Shown: positions 10,001-19,002 of the stretch, in pieces
Numbering within the stretch: the stretch's first letter is position 1
How the letters are laid out: the number at the start of each line of letters is the position of its first letter
DNA from: an uncultured Candidatus Saccharibacteria bacterium
GTDB lineage: Bacteria; Patescibacteriota; Minisyncoccia; Phycocordibacterales; CAIZLB01
Assembly (NCBI GenBank): GCA_964467385.1
Contig: CAYXQC010000004.1
Location: 9,429 to 73,428, forward strand
Reading direction: 5' to 3'
DNA: 64,000 nucleotides
The notes under the pieces: model-generated
Told to the model about the DNA's origin: nothing
The model's database searches: none
What the model saw: the letters and a program-made list of their open reading frames with translations, nothing else
Made by a program: the position numbers and the translations under genes

Positions 10001-10847
10001 GGATACGACAGCTCCAGTGGTGACAGTAACAGGTAGCTCAACAGTTGTACTCACGGTTGGTGACACGTACACAGAAGATGGAGCAACAGCTACAGATGCA
10101 GTTGATGGTTCACTTATAGTAACGACAACAGGAACAGTAGATACAAATACAGTTGGTACATACACACTTGTTTACTCTGCTACAGATCTTAGTGGCAACA
10201 CCGGCACATCAAGCCGAGACGTGATTGTAAATGCTGCTCCAGATACAACGGCGCCAATCATTACAATCCTTGGTACAAATCCTGTAACAATCACAGTCGG
10301 TGGTGTATTCACTGATGAAGGGGCAACTTCAACTGATAATGTTGATGTAAATCTTCCAATCACAGCTTCAAGCACGGTAAACACAAGCGTAGTCGGTACA
10401 TACACAGTGACATACAACACAACTGACAATTCAGGTAATGCTGCTATTCCAATGGTTCGAACAGTAAACGTGGTAGCGGCTACTGAAACAACTACACAGA
10501 CTCAGCAAGGTCAGACAGGTGGAGGAGGCGCACCAGTGGCACTCTTCACTAATTCAGGAGCAAATGGAGGTTCAAATAATGGTGCAGGTAACAATGGGGC
10601 AGCTGGAGTAGTACTCGGTGAAGCAACATTCCAATTCACAAAAAATCTTGGTCTTGGTTCAAGAGGAAATGATGTGATTGAACTCCAGAAGCGACTTAAG
10701 GCAGAAGGATTCTTTAAGTTCAATGTAACAACAGGATTCTTCGGTCCAGTGACACTTCAGGCGGTCAAGGCATACCAGATCGCTCACGGTATTAAGCCAG
10801 TATCAGGATTCGTAGGTGTACTTACTCGAGCGGAACTCAATAAGTAA
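7008..10847 (+). CDS. large secreted surface protein: signal peptide, ~10 tandem Ig-like (DUF5011/HYR-type) repeats, C-terminal peptidoglycan-binding domain
   Basis: Signal peptide MQKPNIQTSLLVALLLSLSIFLPSELSA. An ~80-aa unit ending ...R(T/S)VNVVDTTAP(V)I(T) recurs about 10 times, each with YTD.GATA.D..DG and G.Y...Y.A.D.SGN motifs. C-terminus carries a PG_binding_1-like segment (LGLGSRGNDVIELQKRLKAEGFF...GPVTLQAVKAYQ). Confidence 0.8.
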   Translation: MQKPNIQTSLLVALLLSLSIFLPSELSAATTGATSGTSFSNNAGGTVAWSNLSNATSSDSNYVTAGLNSGGNQTTQKFRATGFNFNIPSNAVVTGIEVTAEYSASSASKIASSTVQLVKGGTTITAYTGSTSAVWTTTNTTSTYGGTNQLWGTTWTATDINASNFGVEFSTRYNTAFTGAVTAQLDQLSIKVYYTALPLISVTSNISTSTLTNQDITITATSTANSTLNATSHIFTENGSFDFVATNVDGTATTTVTITNIDKEAPVIASSVDIENIEATSVSGATVTYTTPAITDNNSGATVSCLPASGSTFALGTTGVICNGSDVAGNSATSTTFNVTVVDTTSPVIVLIGADPLSVEAGTVFVDPGATAIDASGDFAATSTNNVDTGTLGIYTVTYTATDASGNSASSTTRTVNVVDTTAPAAPTAVSPIANAILTSSALTVLDWSDVADFSSPVTYAYQLSNSNATNLDGTFVTPIASGSTLTTSEASTTLATEGDYYYIAQATDAQLNAGLWMSPVKFTIDNTAPAITVTGSSSMTVEGGSVYADDGATALDTVDGPVSVSSSGSVDTSITGTYTITYTATDTAGNTATSTRSIEVVDTTSPVITLLGSDPVTIEAGSTYTDAGATVSDNISTPITATASGTVSTFVVGTYVIEYNAVDGSGNVAATVTRTVNVVDTTAPVINITGQNPNIVTINNVYVDSGATASDLVDGIITVTSTSTVDTATLGTYAVTYFATDLSGNTTSASRSVIVIPPDTTAPVITILGTNPLTIEGGSLYIDAGATALDNVNGNLTSSIVTVNGVIATSTGSYTVTYDVSDGAGNPATQGVRNVTVVDTTAPVLTVNGTNPLTLHIGDTYTELGATATDAVDQAVVVVVGGDIVTTTATSTFVVSYTASDASGNPAIPVSRTVYVVDIAVPIITIVGSSTVDVEYGSVYTDAGATALDDADGDISANIVTSGSVNTSALGAYTLSYDVSDSSGNAAITTNRTVNVVDTTAPVVTVTGSSTVVLTVGDTYTEDGATATDAVDGSLIVTTTGTVDTNTVGTYTLVYSATDLSGNTGTSSRDVIVNAAPDTTAPIITILGTNPVTITVGGVFTDEGATSTDNVDVNLPITASSTVNTSVVGTYTVTYNTTDNSGNAAIPMVRTVNVVAATETTTQTQQGQTGGGGAPVALFTNSGANGGSNNGAGNNGAAGVVLGEATFQFTKNLGLGSRGNDVIELQKRLKAEGFFKFNVTTGFFGPVTLQAVKAYQIAHGIKPVSGFVGVLTRAELNK
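8016..10500 (+). repeat. tandem ~240-bp coding repeats (~10 copies) inside the surface-protein gene
   Basis: Periodic recurrence of gtggtagacacaacagcacc-like units. The many antisense ORFs here (7871-8461, 8753-9076, 9698-10165 and others) are repeat artefacts. Confidence 0.7.
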
Positions 10848-11009
10848 AGTAAGTAGGTAAAATTTTAGATAGGTGAGTTGGTGCGGTGAACAATGCTGGA
10901 AAATTTTACAAAGGATCACTCAAATCTGGGTGGTCTTTTGTATTTGTAAAAAGTGTTGTATTATAATAGGCGTTAAGTATAGGCATGTATATACCTTTAT
11001 CTATTATCT

Positions 11010-12086
11010 ATGTGGCATAAGATTAAACACTATCTAGTTCAAACTGAGGAAAATAAACACAATCCGCACCTTCTACGATCGGAAATCTTGGCTGTGTTTT
11101 TGGTTCTAATTGTTGGACTGCAAGTTGTTTTTTTCTCTGGAATTTTGACACGAACTATTGCCTCATTTGCAAATATGATGGCAAGTGTTTTACCTGGGGT
11201 TCTCAGTCTTGAAACGAATGAATATCGTCACGGTCGAAGTATCTCTGAACTGCGCATGAGTCCTATTCTTGCCGAAGCTGCAAAATTGAAAGCAGAGGAT
11301 ATGGCACGCCGTGGATATTTCTCACATACTGGTCCAGATGGTGAAAAGCCTTGGGTCTGGCTACAAAAAGTTGGGTATGTGTATACATATGCGGGTGAAA
11401 ATCTAGCAGTAAACTTCGTCGATTCAAGCGATGTTACAAAGGCTTGGATAAATTCTCCAAAACATAAAGCTAATCTTGAGAATTCTAATTTTAAAGAAAT
11501 TGGTATCGGGACGGCTGAAGGGGAATATGAAGGAAAAATGACTACATATGTTGTGCAATTTTTTGCTACACCTGCAGAAGCTGAGAGCGTACCTGCTACG
11601 CCAGTTGCTACTACCATAACTGTAGCCGCGACTTCTACATCTATGGCCAATTCTGGCAAGCGAATCACAACTGCTTCATCGACAATTGCAACGTCAACAG
11701 TTTTGGCAACTACAGCGAGCACCTCAACAGGAAGCTCTACATCAGAAGTACTTGGTGTCTACACAACAGATACACCTATTGATACTTCCAGTGCTCGTAA
11801 TGGCGAAAATTCAGCAAATATGGCCTATGTAGAGGCTGTATCTCATCCGCGAGACTTTGCTCGAAATCTATTTATCGCAATAAGTACATTTCTTCTCCTG
11901 GTTCTTGGTTTTTCTATCATCCATCGAGCTATTTCACTAGGTGAAGCGCCATTTTTGCAGAGAATTACTGTGGGATTTAGGGCACATCGTAAGCATATTC
12001 TCGAAGTGATTTGTGTAATTCTTGCAATAGGCCTTATTTGGACTATTTTTGGCTATATTTCAGCGGGAATGGTTGCTGTTTCATAA
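11010..12086 (+). CDS. CAP/SCP/PR1-like (YkwD-family) domain protein with N- and C-terminal transmembrane segments and a Thr/Ser-rich linker
   Basis: CAP core: RMSPILAEAAKLKAEDMARRGYFSHTGPDG...AGENLAVNF...AWINSPKHKANLENSNFKEIGIG. Hydrophobic segments lie near residues 25-45 and 300-350. Confidence 0.7.
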   Translation: MWHKIKHYLVQTEENKHNPHLLRSEILAVFLVLIVGLQVVFFSGILTRTIASFANMMASVLPGVLSLETNEYRHGRSISELRMSPILAEAAKLKAEDMARRGYFSHTGPDGEKPWVWLQKVGYVYTYAGENLAVNFVDSSDVTKAWINSPKHKANLENSNFKEIGIGTAEGEYEGKMTTYVVQFFATPAEAESVPATPVATTITVAATSTSMANSGKRITTASSTIATSTVLATTASTSTGSSTSEVLGVYTTDTPIDTSSARNGENSANMAYVEAVSHPRDFARNLFIAISTFLLLVLGFSIIHRAISLGEAPFLQRITVGFRAHRKHILEVICVILAIGLIWTIFGYISAGMVAVS

Positions 12087-12596
12087 ATCATCTTCTTCCT
12101 TGCATGAGAACAGAGAATATCTGCTGATATTTTCCTCTATTCGCTGCAGCTCATTAGTCTCAAGCAAATCATCAGATAATTTATTCAATAAGATAGCCAA
12201 AATCAAAGCTGATTTTAAACAAAATATTGACAAAAATTTGTTTCATCTCGCTGTGTATTTTTTAAGTGTTTTTTTGGTAAGAAAATATACCTACGCGCGG
12301 CAGAATATGTGACATCAATCCGTTGCCTTAACATTGATTTTCACACGGGAGCATCCAAGCATTAGCGACCGATGAGTGCTTAATTGCGTTCTGACCCACT
12401 AAGCGAATGCACCCACTTTATATCTTCGTATAGGTAGCCATTGATTCGCAAACACAATCCGCTTTGACGGGTTGTTTTGTTTTTTTGACAATAGTCACAT
12501 TGTGTCGTAATATTTTCGAGTTCTACAAAGGACATTGAAAAATAAAAGCCAAAAAACCAGCAACAACGACTTTTAACCCATAAGGAAGGAATTCAA

Positions 12597-13013
12597 ATGC
12601 TTAAAAATGCAGAAAGTGAAAGAGGAAAAACTGAGGAAAAGCCCAAAAAGCGGATCCTGATCGTGGAGGACAATGAACGGATTGGTGAAACGATGGAGTG
12701 GTTTTGCGGAATCCAGCTGGGCTTCGTAGTGGCGTGGGTAAAGACTCGGAGAAATGCCTCTCGTCACATCAACATGAAAGGTCCTTGGGATTGCGTCATT
12801 CTCGACGGATGTCTTGAGGGTTTGGAACCTGATACGTTGTATTTGATCCCTGTGATCAAGGCAACATCCCCAAACTGCGTGATCATTGCCAACTCGAACG
12901 ACCTGCATGTTTCTGACCGGCTGATGGCTGAAGGTTGTCACCTCCGTTTTCCGAGCAAGGATGATTTCAATCAATTCTTCCGCAAGTTCTGCGAGGAGAA
13001 AGGTTGGACCTGA
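12597..13013 (+). CDS. stand-alone receiver (REC/CheY-like) domain protein, possibly degenerate
   Basis: KRILIVEDNERIGE ... CVILDGCLEGLEP ... fold pattern. Strong RBS aaggaagg. Promoter TTGACA-N17-TAATAT lies upstream (~12498-12527). Confidence 0.5.
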   Translation: MLKNAESERGKTEEKPKKRILIVEDNERIGETMEWFCGIQLGFVVAWVKTRRNASRHINMKGPWDCVILDGCLEGLEPDTLYLIPVIKATSPNCVIIANSNDLHVSDRLMAEGCHLRFPSKDDFNQFFRKFCEEKGWT

Positions 13014-13048
13014 TCTCTGGTCATCAATAACGCGGATTCGAACCGCAG

Positions 13049-13080
13049 CGCGCATCTTCATCGGTGCGCGTTTTTTTATT
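13049..13080 (+). terminator. rho-independent terminator after the REC gene
   Basis: gcgcgca tcttcatcgg tgcgcg followed by TTTTTTTATTTT. Confidence 0.45.
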
Positions 13081-13189
13081 TTAAAATAGATTTTCATATT
13101 GGATTTGACGGATTTCAGATGGTGCGTATCCTGTACTTGATACGAAAGCACATCTGCCTAGTATCAAAACAAGCCATTTTGAGAAGATC

Positions 13190-13384
13190 ATGGAAGAAGG
13201 AAACAGAGGGTTTTTCACCAAGAACAATGTTAAGTACGGTGAAATCGGTAAAGTCTACGAGGATTTCACCAAAAACTGTCCACGACAGATTCCGATTGAA
13301 TCAGAGACCATCAAGGATCCCAACGGTGACACTTTTATGGTCAAGATTCTCTGGGAAACTGCTGATTTCAGTAAGAACTCATGA
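13190..13384 (+). CDS. hypothetical small protein (64 aa)
   Basis: ORF bracketed by the upstream terminator and a downstream terminator. No family recognised. The alternative overlapping 143-aa frame (13119-13550) is less compact. Confidence 0.25.
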   Translation: MEEGNRGFFTKNNVKYGEIGKVYEDFTKNCPRQIPIESETIKDPNGDTFMVKILWETADFSKNS

Positions 13385-13407
13385 GGTTATCATTGGGATC
13401 AATCCAC

Positions 13408-13443
13408 AGCGCCGACCTCTACAAAGGTACGGCGCTTTTTTAT
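13408..13443 (+). terminator. rho-independent terminator
   Basis: agcgccg acctctacaaaggtac ggcgct followed by TTTTTTA. Confidence 0.5.
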
Positions 13444-13819
13444 TTGCAATTTCGTTTATTATTCGAAATTATTTCATAATAGTGCACAAACGACCAAAAT
13501 TTCATCAAAAATCTCTAAAAAATAAATCAAAAAATAATAAAATAGTCTAAAGAAAAATCTATAAATGAGCCGACACAAATTGTCGTAAAACTTATCCTAA
13601 AATACGACACAAAATATCAGGTTTTTAGAGTTGCATTTGCATCAATTTTAAAATCGTTTTGCAGTAGCAATTTTCATCAATTTTTTGTAATTATCCACAA
13701 GTCACACATTCGAAAAAGGTGTAAAATTTTACCCACGAGGCAATTTGGCCAATTTTAGTTGAGCGAGATAGTGTGTTGCTTCATTATAAAAACTTATCAA
13801 ACCTTAGACCTTTCGTCGT

Positions 13820-16552
13820 ATGAACATATCAGTTACAAAGCAAGACGGCACAAAAGTACCCTTCAATGCGGATTACATCAACAAGTCAATTGAACGAGCT
13901 TGCGCAGATTTACCAAACAGCGCTAGCTATGTTACACAGATTGCCAGTGAGACTCAGCTTACCTTGTTTGATGGTATAACGACGAATGAGCTTGATCAGG
14001 CGACTATTAGTGCTGCACTCCAGAACGTGCAGGATGATATTCGATATGACAAAGTTGCAACACGACTTCTCCTCAAGACAGTGTACCGACGAGTACTTGG
14101 TGAATATGATAAGGACAATGCGGCGGATCTTGAACGACGACATCGAGAGTATTTTCCCGAACATATGAAAAAGATGATCGCTGAAGGTCTTCTTGACCAG
14201 AAAATGGATGAAAAGCTCTTTGATCACAAGAAACTTGCAGACGCACTCAATATCTCACGAGATGAAATCTTTGCTTACGCAGGTCTCTCAACATTTCTCC
14301 ATCGATATTCTGTAAAAGATAAGAAATTAAATCCAATCGAAACTCCTCAGTATTTCTTCATGCGAGTAGCGATGGGTATGTCTTATTATGAAAAAGATCC
14401 TACGGCTACAGCTATCAGCTTCTACGAACAAATGTCACAGCACAAGTATGTGGCCGGAGGTTCTACAAACCTTACAGCGGGTACACCACGACCTGCGCTT
14501 TCAAATTGTTACCTCCTCGAAGTTCACGACGACATGGCACATATCGCTAAGTCAGTAGGAGATGTGATGCTTATTTCAAAAGGTACTGGAGGTCTTGGAG
14601 TTTCTCTTACAAAGCTTCGAGCGACAGGCTCTATTTTGAAGTCATCTAATACAACGTCATCTGGTCCAACTCCATTTGCAAAAATCATGGATACTGCGAT
14701 CCATGCGATTGTACGAGGTGGAAAGAAGAAAGGTGCACTCTGTTTCTACATGGAAACTTGGCACTATGATTTTCCTGAGTACATCCATTGGCGTCACAAT
14801 GCCGGAGATGACTATGTGCGAATGCGAACAGCTAACACAGCAGCTTATATCTCTGATGAATTTATGAAGCGTGTAACTCAGGGTGCTCAGTGGTACATGT
14901 TCGACCCTAAAGAAACAGCAGACCTGAACGAGCTTTATGGTGAAGCGTTTAGCAAGCGATATGCTGAGTACATTGAGATGGCAGAAGCTGGAAAAATGAC
15001 TATGTTCAAGAAGATGCCAGCTGAAGAACTCTATCGACAAATGCTTGTATCTCTTCAGACAACTTCACACCCATGGCTTACATGGAAAGATACTATCAAT
15101 ATGCGAGCGTTGAACAACAATACAGGTACTATTCACATGTCTAACCTCTGTACAGAGATTTGTCTTCCTCAGGATAAAGAAAACATCGCCGTATGTAACC
15201 TTGCCTCACTTAACATCGTGGCGCACCTCGTCGATAAGACGGTTACAGATCTTGGTGGGAAAGAAACTATTGTCAAAGAAATCGACTGGAAAGAACTTGA
15301 AAAATCTACTCGAATTGCAGTTCGACACCTCGATAATCTTATCGATATCAATCAGCCACCAGTTCCTGAAGCTGCAAAGTCTGACCGAGAAAACAGAGCT
15401 GTTGGTCTTGGTGTGATGGGGTTCTCAGATCTTATCGAAAAACTAGGGTTTGCGTACGACAGCGATGAGTCATTTACACTTGCTGACAAACTCTTCGAAT
15501 TCATCAGCTATATGGCAATCGATGAAAGTGCTGAACTTGCGAAAGTGCGAGGTTCATATACACACTTTGATGGTTCAATGTGGTCAAAAGGAATGGTACC
15601 ATTTGATACAATGTCTCTTTTGGAAAAATCTCGAGGTGAACAGCTTCTTGTAAATAAAGACATGCATGCAGGAGTTGATTGGGATGTACTTCGTGCAAAA
15701 GTAAAGAAGGGGATTCGAAATGCAACACTCATGGCTGTTGCACCAAATGCGAATATTGGACTTCTTGCTGGAACAGTTCCGGGTATCGATGTGCGATTTG
15801 CGCAGGCTTTCTCTCGAAATAAGTTCTCAGGAAAATATCTCGACATCAACCACAATCTTGTAGTCGACCTTGAAAAACTTGGCATCTGGGAAAAAGTTAA
15901 GTCAAAGATTATCGAAAACCGAGGTGATATTGAATTTATCGAAGAAATTCCTGAAAATATTAAGAAGATCTACAAGACTTCATTCTCAGTTTCTCCATAT
16001 GCAGTTATCGAAGTTGCTGCGCGAGCGCAGAAATGGGTAGATCAGGCACTTTCTCGAAATATGTACCTCGAGACTCGAGATATTAACCAGATTATTCACA
16101 TCTACAGTACAGCTTGGAAGAAGGGTCTCAAGTCTACATATTATCTCCACATGAAGCCTCAACACTCAGCAGAGCAAAGCACGATTGTGGTAAACAAAGC
16201 ACAGCAACTTGGTAAAAAAGGTTTCGCAGCTATGCGAATGTCGAGCCCACTTGCTGGCGCACCAGTTTCTGTAAGTATGCCAACTGAGATGGTCCAGCAA
16301 GTTTCTGCAAATGGAAACACCGCTACTATTCAGGCTTCAGCCCATGCTAATCCTAAAGAATCTACTATCACAGTAGATGTTGAAGCGACGATGCAGACTA
16401 ATGGTTCTACACCGAATACAATTGTCGCAGACATAGATGTTCAGGATACCACTGCAAAAAAAGCTGGCGGATATAAACCACTCAATTTAATCAGAGCTGA
16501 GGACTTTGGGGTAGATCCAAGTGAAGCGAATATTTGTGATGGTTGTCAGTAA
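13820..16552 (+). CDS. nrdA: ribonucleotide reductase class I alpha subunit with N-terminal ATP-cone and a ~150-aa low-complexity C-terminal tail ending in a Cys pair
   Basis: ATP-cone VTKQDGTKVPFNADYINKSIERA. Catalytic region NLCTEICLP. C-terminal CDGCQ. Confidence 0.9.
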   Translation: MNISVTKQDGTKVPFNADYINKSIERACADLPNSASYVTQIASETQLTLFDGITTNELDQATISAALQNVQDDIRYDKVATRLLLKTVYRRVLGEYDKDNAADLERRHREYFPEHMKKMIAEGLLDQKMDEKLFDHKKLADALNISRDEIFAYAGLSTFLHRYSVKDKKLNPIETPQYFFMRVAMGMSYYEKDPTATAISFYEQMSQHKYVAGGSTNLTAGTPRPALSNCYLLEVHDDMAHIAKSVGDVMLISKGTGGLGVSLTKLRATGSILKSSNTTSSGPTPFAKIMDTAIHAIVRGGKKKGALCFYMETWHYDFPEYIHWRHNAGDDYVRMRTANTAAYISDEFMKRVTQGAQWYMFDPKETADLNELYGEAFSKRYAEYIEMAEAGKMTMFKKMPAEELYRQMLVSLQTTSHPWLTWKDTINMRALNNNTGTIHMSNLCTEICLPQDKENIAVCNLASLNIVAHLVDKTVTDLGGKETIVKEIDWKELEKSTRIAVRHLDNLIDINQPPVPEAAKSDRENRAVGLGVMGFSDLIEKLGFAYDSDESFTLADKLFEFISYMAIDESAELAKVRGSYTHFDGSMWSKGMVPFDTMSLLEKSRGEQLLVNKDMHAGVDWDVLRAKVKKGIRNATLMAVAPNANIGLLAGTVPGIDVRFAQAFSRNKFSGKYLDINHNLVVDLEKLGIWEKVKSKIIENRGDIEFIEEIPENIKKIYKTSFSVSPYAVIEVAARAQKWVDQALSRNMYLETRDINQIIHIYSTAWKKGLKSTYYLHMKPQHSAEQSTIVVNKAQQLGKKGFAAMRMSSPLAGAPVSVSMPTEMVQQVSANGNTATIQASAHANPKESTITVDVEATMQTNGSTPNTIVADIDVQDTTAKKAGGYKPLNLIRAEDFGVDPSEANICDGCQ

Positions 16553-16587
16553 AATCAAATTAAAAAAATAATCTAACACTCAAAAAC

Positions 16588-17616
16588 ATGGCAATTGTAG
16601 GAAGACCAGCACCAACAGACACAACACTGCATCCGATTAAGTATAAATGGGCGTATGAGCTCTATGGCCAAGCTGTTCGAAACACTTGGTTCCCACATGA
16701 AATCGCACTCAAGGAAGACCTCCAAGATTTTGCAAAAATGACGCAAGATGAACGACATGCGGTTGAATTTGTAATGTCATTCTTCAATCCAGCTGAGCTC
16801 ATCGTAAACCGATCGATTGCTCTTGGTGTATATCCATATCTCAAATCTCCAGAAGCGCACCTCTTTTTGGCTAAATGGATGTGGGAAGAGGCGAATCATT
16901 GTGTGTCATTTGAGTACGTGCTTGAAACTTTCCCATTTGATAAACAAAAGGTATATAACAATCACCTCCAAACACCTTCAATGATTGCTAAAGAAGCGTT
17001 CATTGAAAAATATCTCAAGCGAATGACCGAGGATCGACTCGATATCGAATCAGTGGACGGTAAAAAGGATTTCGTGCGAAATCTCGTGGCAACAAATATC
17101 GTAATGGAAGGAACATGGTTCTACTCTGGATTCATGGTAGTAATGTCATTTCGACAGCGAAACCAGCTTCGAAACTTTGCTTCGATGATCAACTGGGTAC
17201 TTCGAGATGAGTCACTTCACTTGAAGTTTGGTATCAACCTAATCCATACAATTCTTGAAGAAAATCAGGATCTCCTGACTCCCGAATTTGCGGACGAAAT
17301 CCGAAACATCATCATTGAAGGAGTAAATGTTGAACTCGAATACAACAAAGATCTGTTCCCGAATGGCATTCTCGGCTTGAATGCTGACTATGTAAACCAG
17401 TATGTAAAATACGTAGCTGATCGACGACTTGAAGAGCTTGGCCTTGAAAAGCACTATAATGTTCCAAACCCTGCAAAATGGATGGCTACAGCAACTGATG
17501 TGTATGAACTCGTAAACTTCTTTGAAGCTCAGAACACAAGCTATGAAGTGGATTCAAAGGCGCATGATGGTAAAAGTGATGAGGCGAAGGAGAAGGCTGA
17601 AAAGGTGGTGGAATAG
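16588..17616 (+). CDS. nrdB: ribonucleotide reductase class I beta subunit (ferritin-like), apparent class Ic signature
   Basis: Metal-site motifs WEEANH and DESLHLKF. The Tyr-radical position reads Phe (EEANHCVSF). The first carboxylate ligand appears to be Glu (AELIVNRS). Confidence 0.85.
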   Translation: MAIVGRPAPTDTTLHPIKYKWAYELYGQAVRNTWFPHEIALKEDLQDFAKMTQDERHAVEFVMSFFNPAELIVNRSIALGVYPYLKSPEAHLFLAKWMWEEANHCVSFEYVLETFPFDKQKVYNNHLQTPSMIAKEAFIEKYLKRMTEDRLDIESVDGKKDFVRNLVATNIVMEGTWFYSGFMVVMSFRQRNQLRNFASMINWVLRDESLHLKFGINLIHTILEENQDLLTPEFADEIRNIIIEGVNVELEYNKDLFPNGILGLNADYVNQYVKYVADRRLEELGLEKHYNVPNPAKWMATATDVYELVNFFEAQNTSYEVDSKAHDGKSDEAKEKAEKVVE

Positions 17617-17975
17617 AAGGTTAGAAAGTTGGACGTTCTTTAAAACTTCACATTTCCAGGTGCCGCGTCTATTGTCGGTACACAGAAATGAATAATGTAA
17701 CGGCGGAAATAGCTATTTATAATAACAAGATGTAAACCCTTCTTCTGCTTGAGATGACCGTGGATCTTCCGCATGATCGCTAGTTCAGCAACGTAGGTAG
17801 AGTGTATTCTTGAAGGATTATAGATGATCGGTTCCTAGAACTGTGGAGTTTTAATATTTATGATCTCGAGATGTTGAGTAGCAAAAAAATTGTACGAGTT
17901 GCTTGAAACTTGCGAGCTGCAGTGAGCAGGGGAAAATCTAAGGAGAGATTTTCTGTTTTCACGCAACGAAAAGAA

Positions 17976-18947
17976 TTATTTTTTACCCACAAGATACCTC
18001 TGAATATTATTCTTATGCGCCTGATATGTTTTTGCGCAATAAATATTTCTATTACTGTGAATATAAAATAGACACTCTGTTTTTTGTGGATTAAATGCTG
18101 CGTCAATTGCTGCAAGACTTGGATTTGCGATAGCTGTAGGTGGAAGCCCTTTGTTTTGATAAGTGTTGTAGTCAGATTCGATGTATTTATCTTTTGAAAG
18201 CACATCCGGCCACCAGTCTGTAGAGCTTGCTTTAGCGTATTGAAGCGTAGCGTCCATATCAAGAGTCATGCCACGAAAAAGTCGATTCCATATCACCCCA
18301 GAGATTATCTTCATGTCGCTCGGACCAGCTGCTTCGCGCTGAATAATAGAAGCGATTCGCACTGCGGTATCGAGGTTAATCTTTCCACCAGTGGTACCTG
18401 TCACACCAGTCGCTAAAGCACCTTGTGAATTTTTTGTGGCTGCATTACTTTTATTGCTTTTTCCACCAGCTTGTTTTGCTAATACTTTATTTGAAACTTC
18501 AGTGTTGAATTTTCGAAGCATTTGATTCGCCACATCTGCGCCAGTTGCATCGAGATCAAACCAGTACGAACCTGGCATATAATATCCGTCCAAAACACCT
18601 CGCTCATCTTGTGGAGCGGTGTTCAAAAAAGCTTCTGTATTGCTTGCATTCCACGACAAAACCTTGGTTAGTCTCTCGGCGATTTGTTCACGGCGTAGAC
18701 CTGGCTGAATGGTTACAAAACGTTTGGTTGGATTGGCTAGGTTTGAATAGAATTCGAGAGGATCAAGACCATTTTTGTAAAGAAATAGGCTGGTGCCCGT
18801 CATAGCTACTGACGCTAATAAAAACATTAAAACAAGGGATATTTTTAGTCGGAGCGAGGGCTTGCCGGAAGGTCGTCCAGACAGCCGTCCGTTCGAGTGA
18901 TGTGAAGATCCTTTATATACATGCGAATGTACCCGAGGGGCTCTCAT
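17976..18947 (-). CDS. mltG: MltG/YceG-like endolytic transglycosylase, paralog 1
   Basis: YNTYQNKGLPPTAIANPSLAAIDAAFNP...LFYIH family motifs, N-terminal membrane anchor. Confidence 0.7.
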   Translation of the reverse strand: MRAPRVHSHVYKGSSHHSNGRLSGRPSGKPSLRLKISLVLMFLLASVAMTGTSLFLYKNGLDPLEFYSNLANPTKRFVTIQPGLRREQIAERLTKVLSWNASNTEAFLNTAPQDERGVLDGYYMPGSYWFDLDATGADVANQMLRKFNTEVSNKVLAKQAGGKSNKSNAATKNSQGALATGVTGTTGGKINLDTAVRIASIIQREAAGPSDMKIISGVIWNRLFRGMTLDMDATLQYAKASSTDWWPDVLSKDKYIESDYNTYQNKGLPPTAIANPSLAAIDAAFNPQKTECLFYIHSNRNIYCAKTYQAHKNNIQRYLVGKK

Positions 18948-19002
18948 ATGCTACTATTATAACCAATGATGTAATAAATGCGAGTCGTTTGCGTCATCAC
19001 CT

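Noticed and set aside
7344-10723. Numerous 60-196-aa minus-strand and alternative-frame ORFs inside the surface-protein gene (e.g. 7871-8461, 8753-9076, 9698-10165, 10172-10429)
   Set aside because: These are artefacts of the low-stop-codon repeat units of the + strand gene. They are periodic copies of one another and have no start-site signals.
12980-13120. Possible complete tRNA on the minus strand around the T-arm-like GCGGTTCGAATCCGC
   Set aside because: Only the T-arm is recognisable. No anticodon arm with a 7-nt loop or matching acceptor stem could be built by eye. It is reported only as a remnant.
12573-13151. 192-aa minus-strand ORF overlapping the REC gene
   Set aside because: It is antisense to a gene with an excellent RBS and promoter. 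It spans the + strand terminator and has no start signals of its own.
13119-13550. 143-aa + strand ORF overlapping the 64-aa ORF
   Set aside because: It runs through a clear intrinsic terminator at 13408-13443 and is Lys/Arg-rich low complexity, typical of an AT-rich spurious frame.
18948-19002. ECF-type autoregulatory promoter upstream of the sigma factor gene (AAC ... CGTTT)
   Set aside because: Spacing between the putative -35 AAC and -10 CGT is ~21 nt, outside the 16-17 nt expected for ECF promoters. Not supportable.
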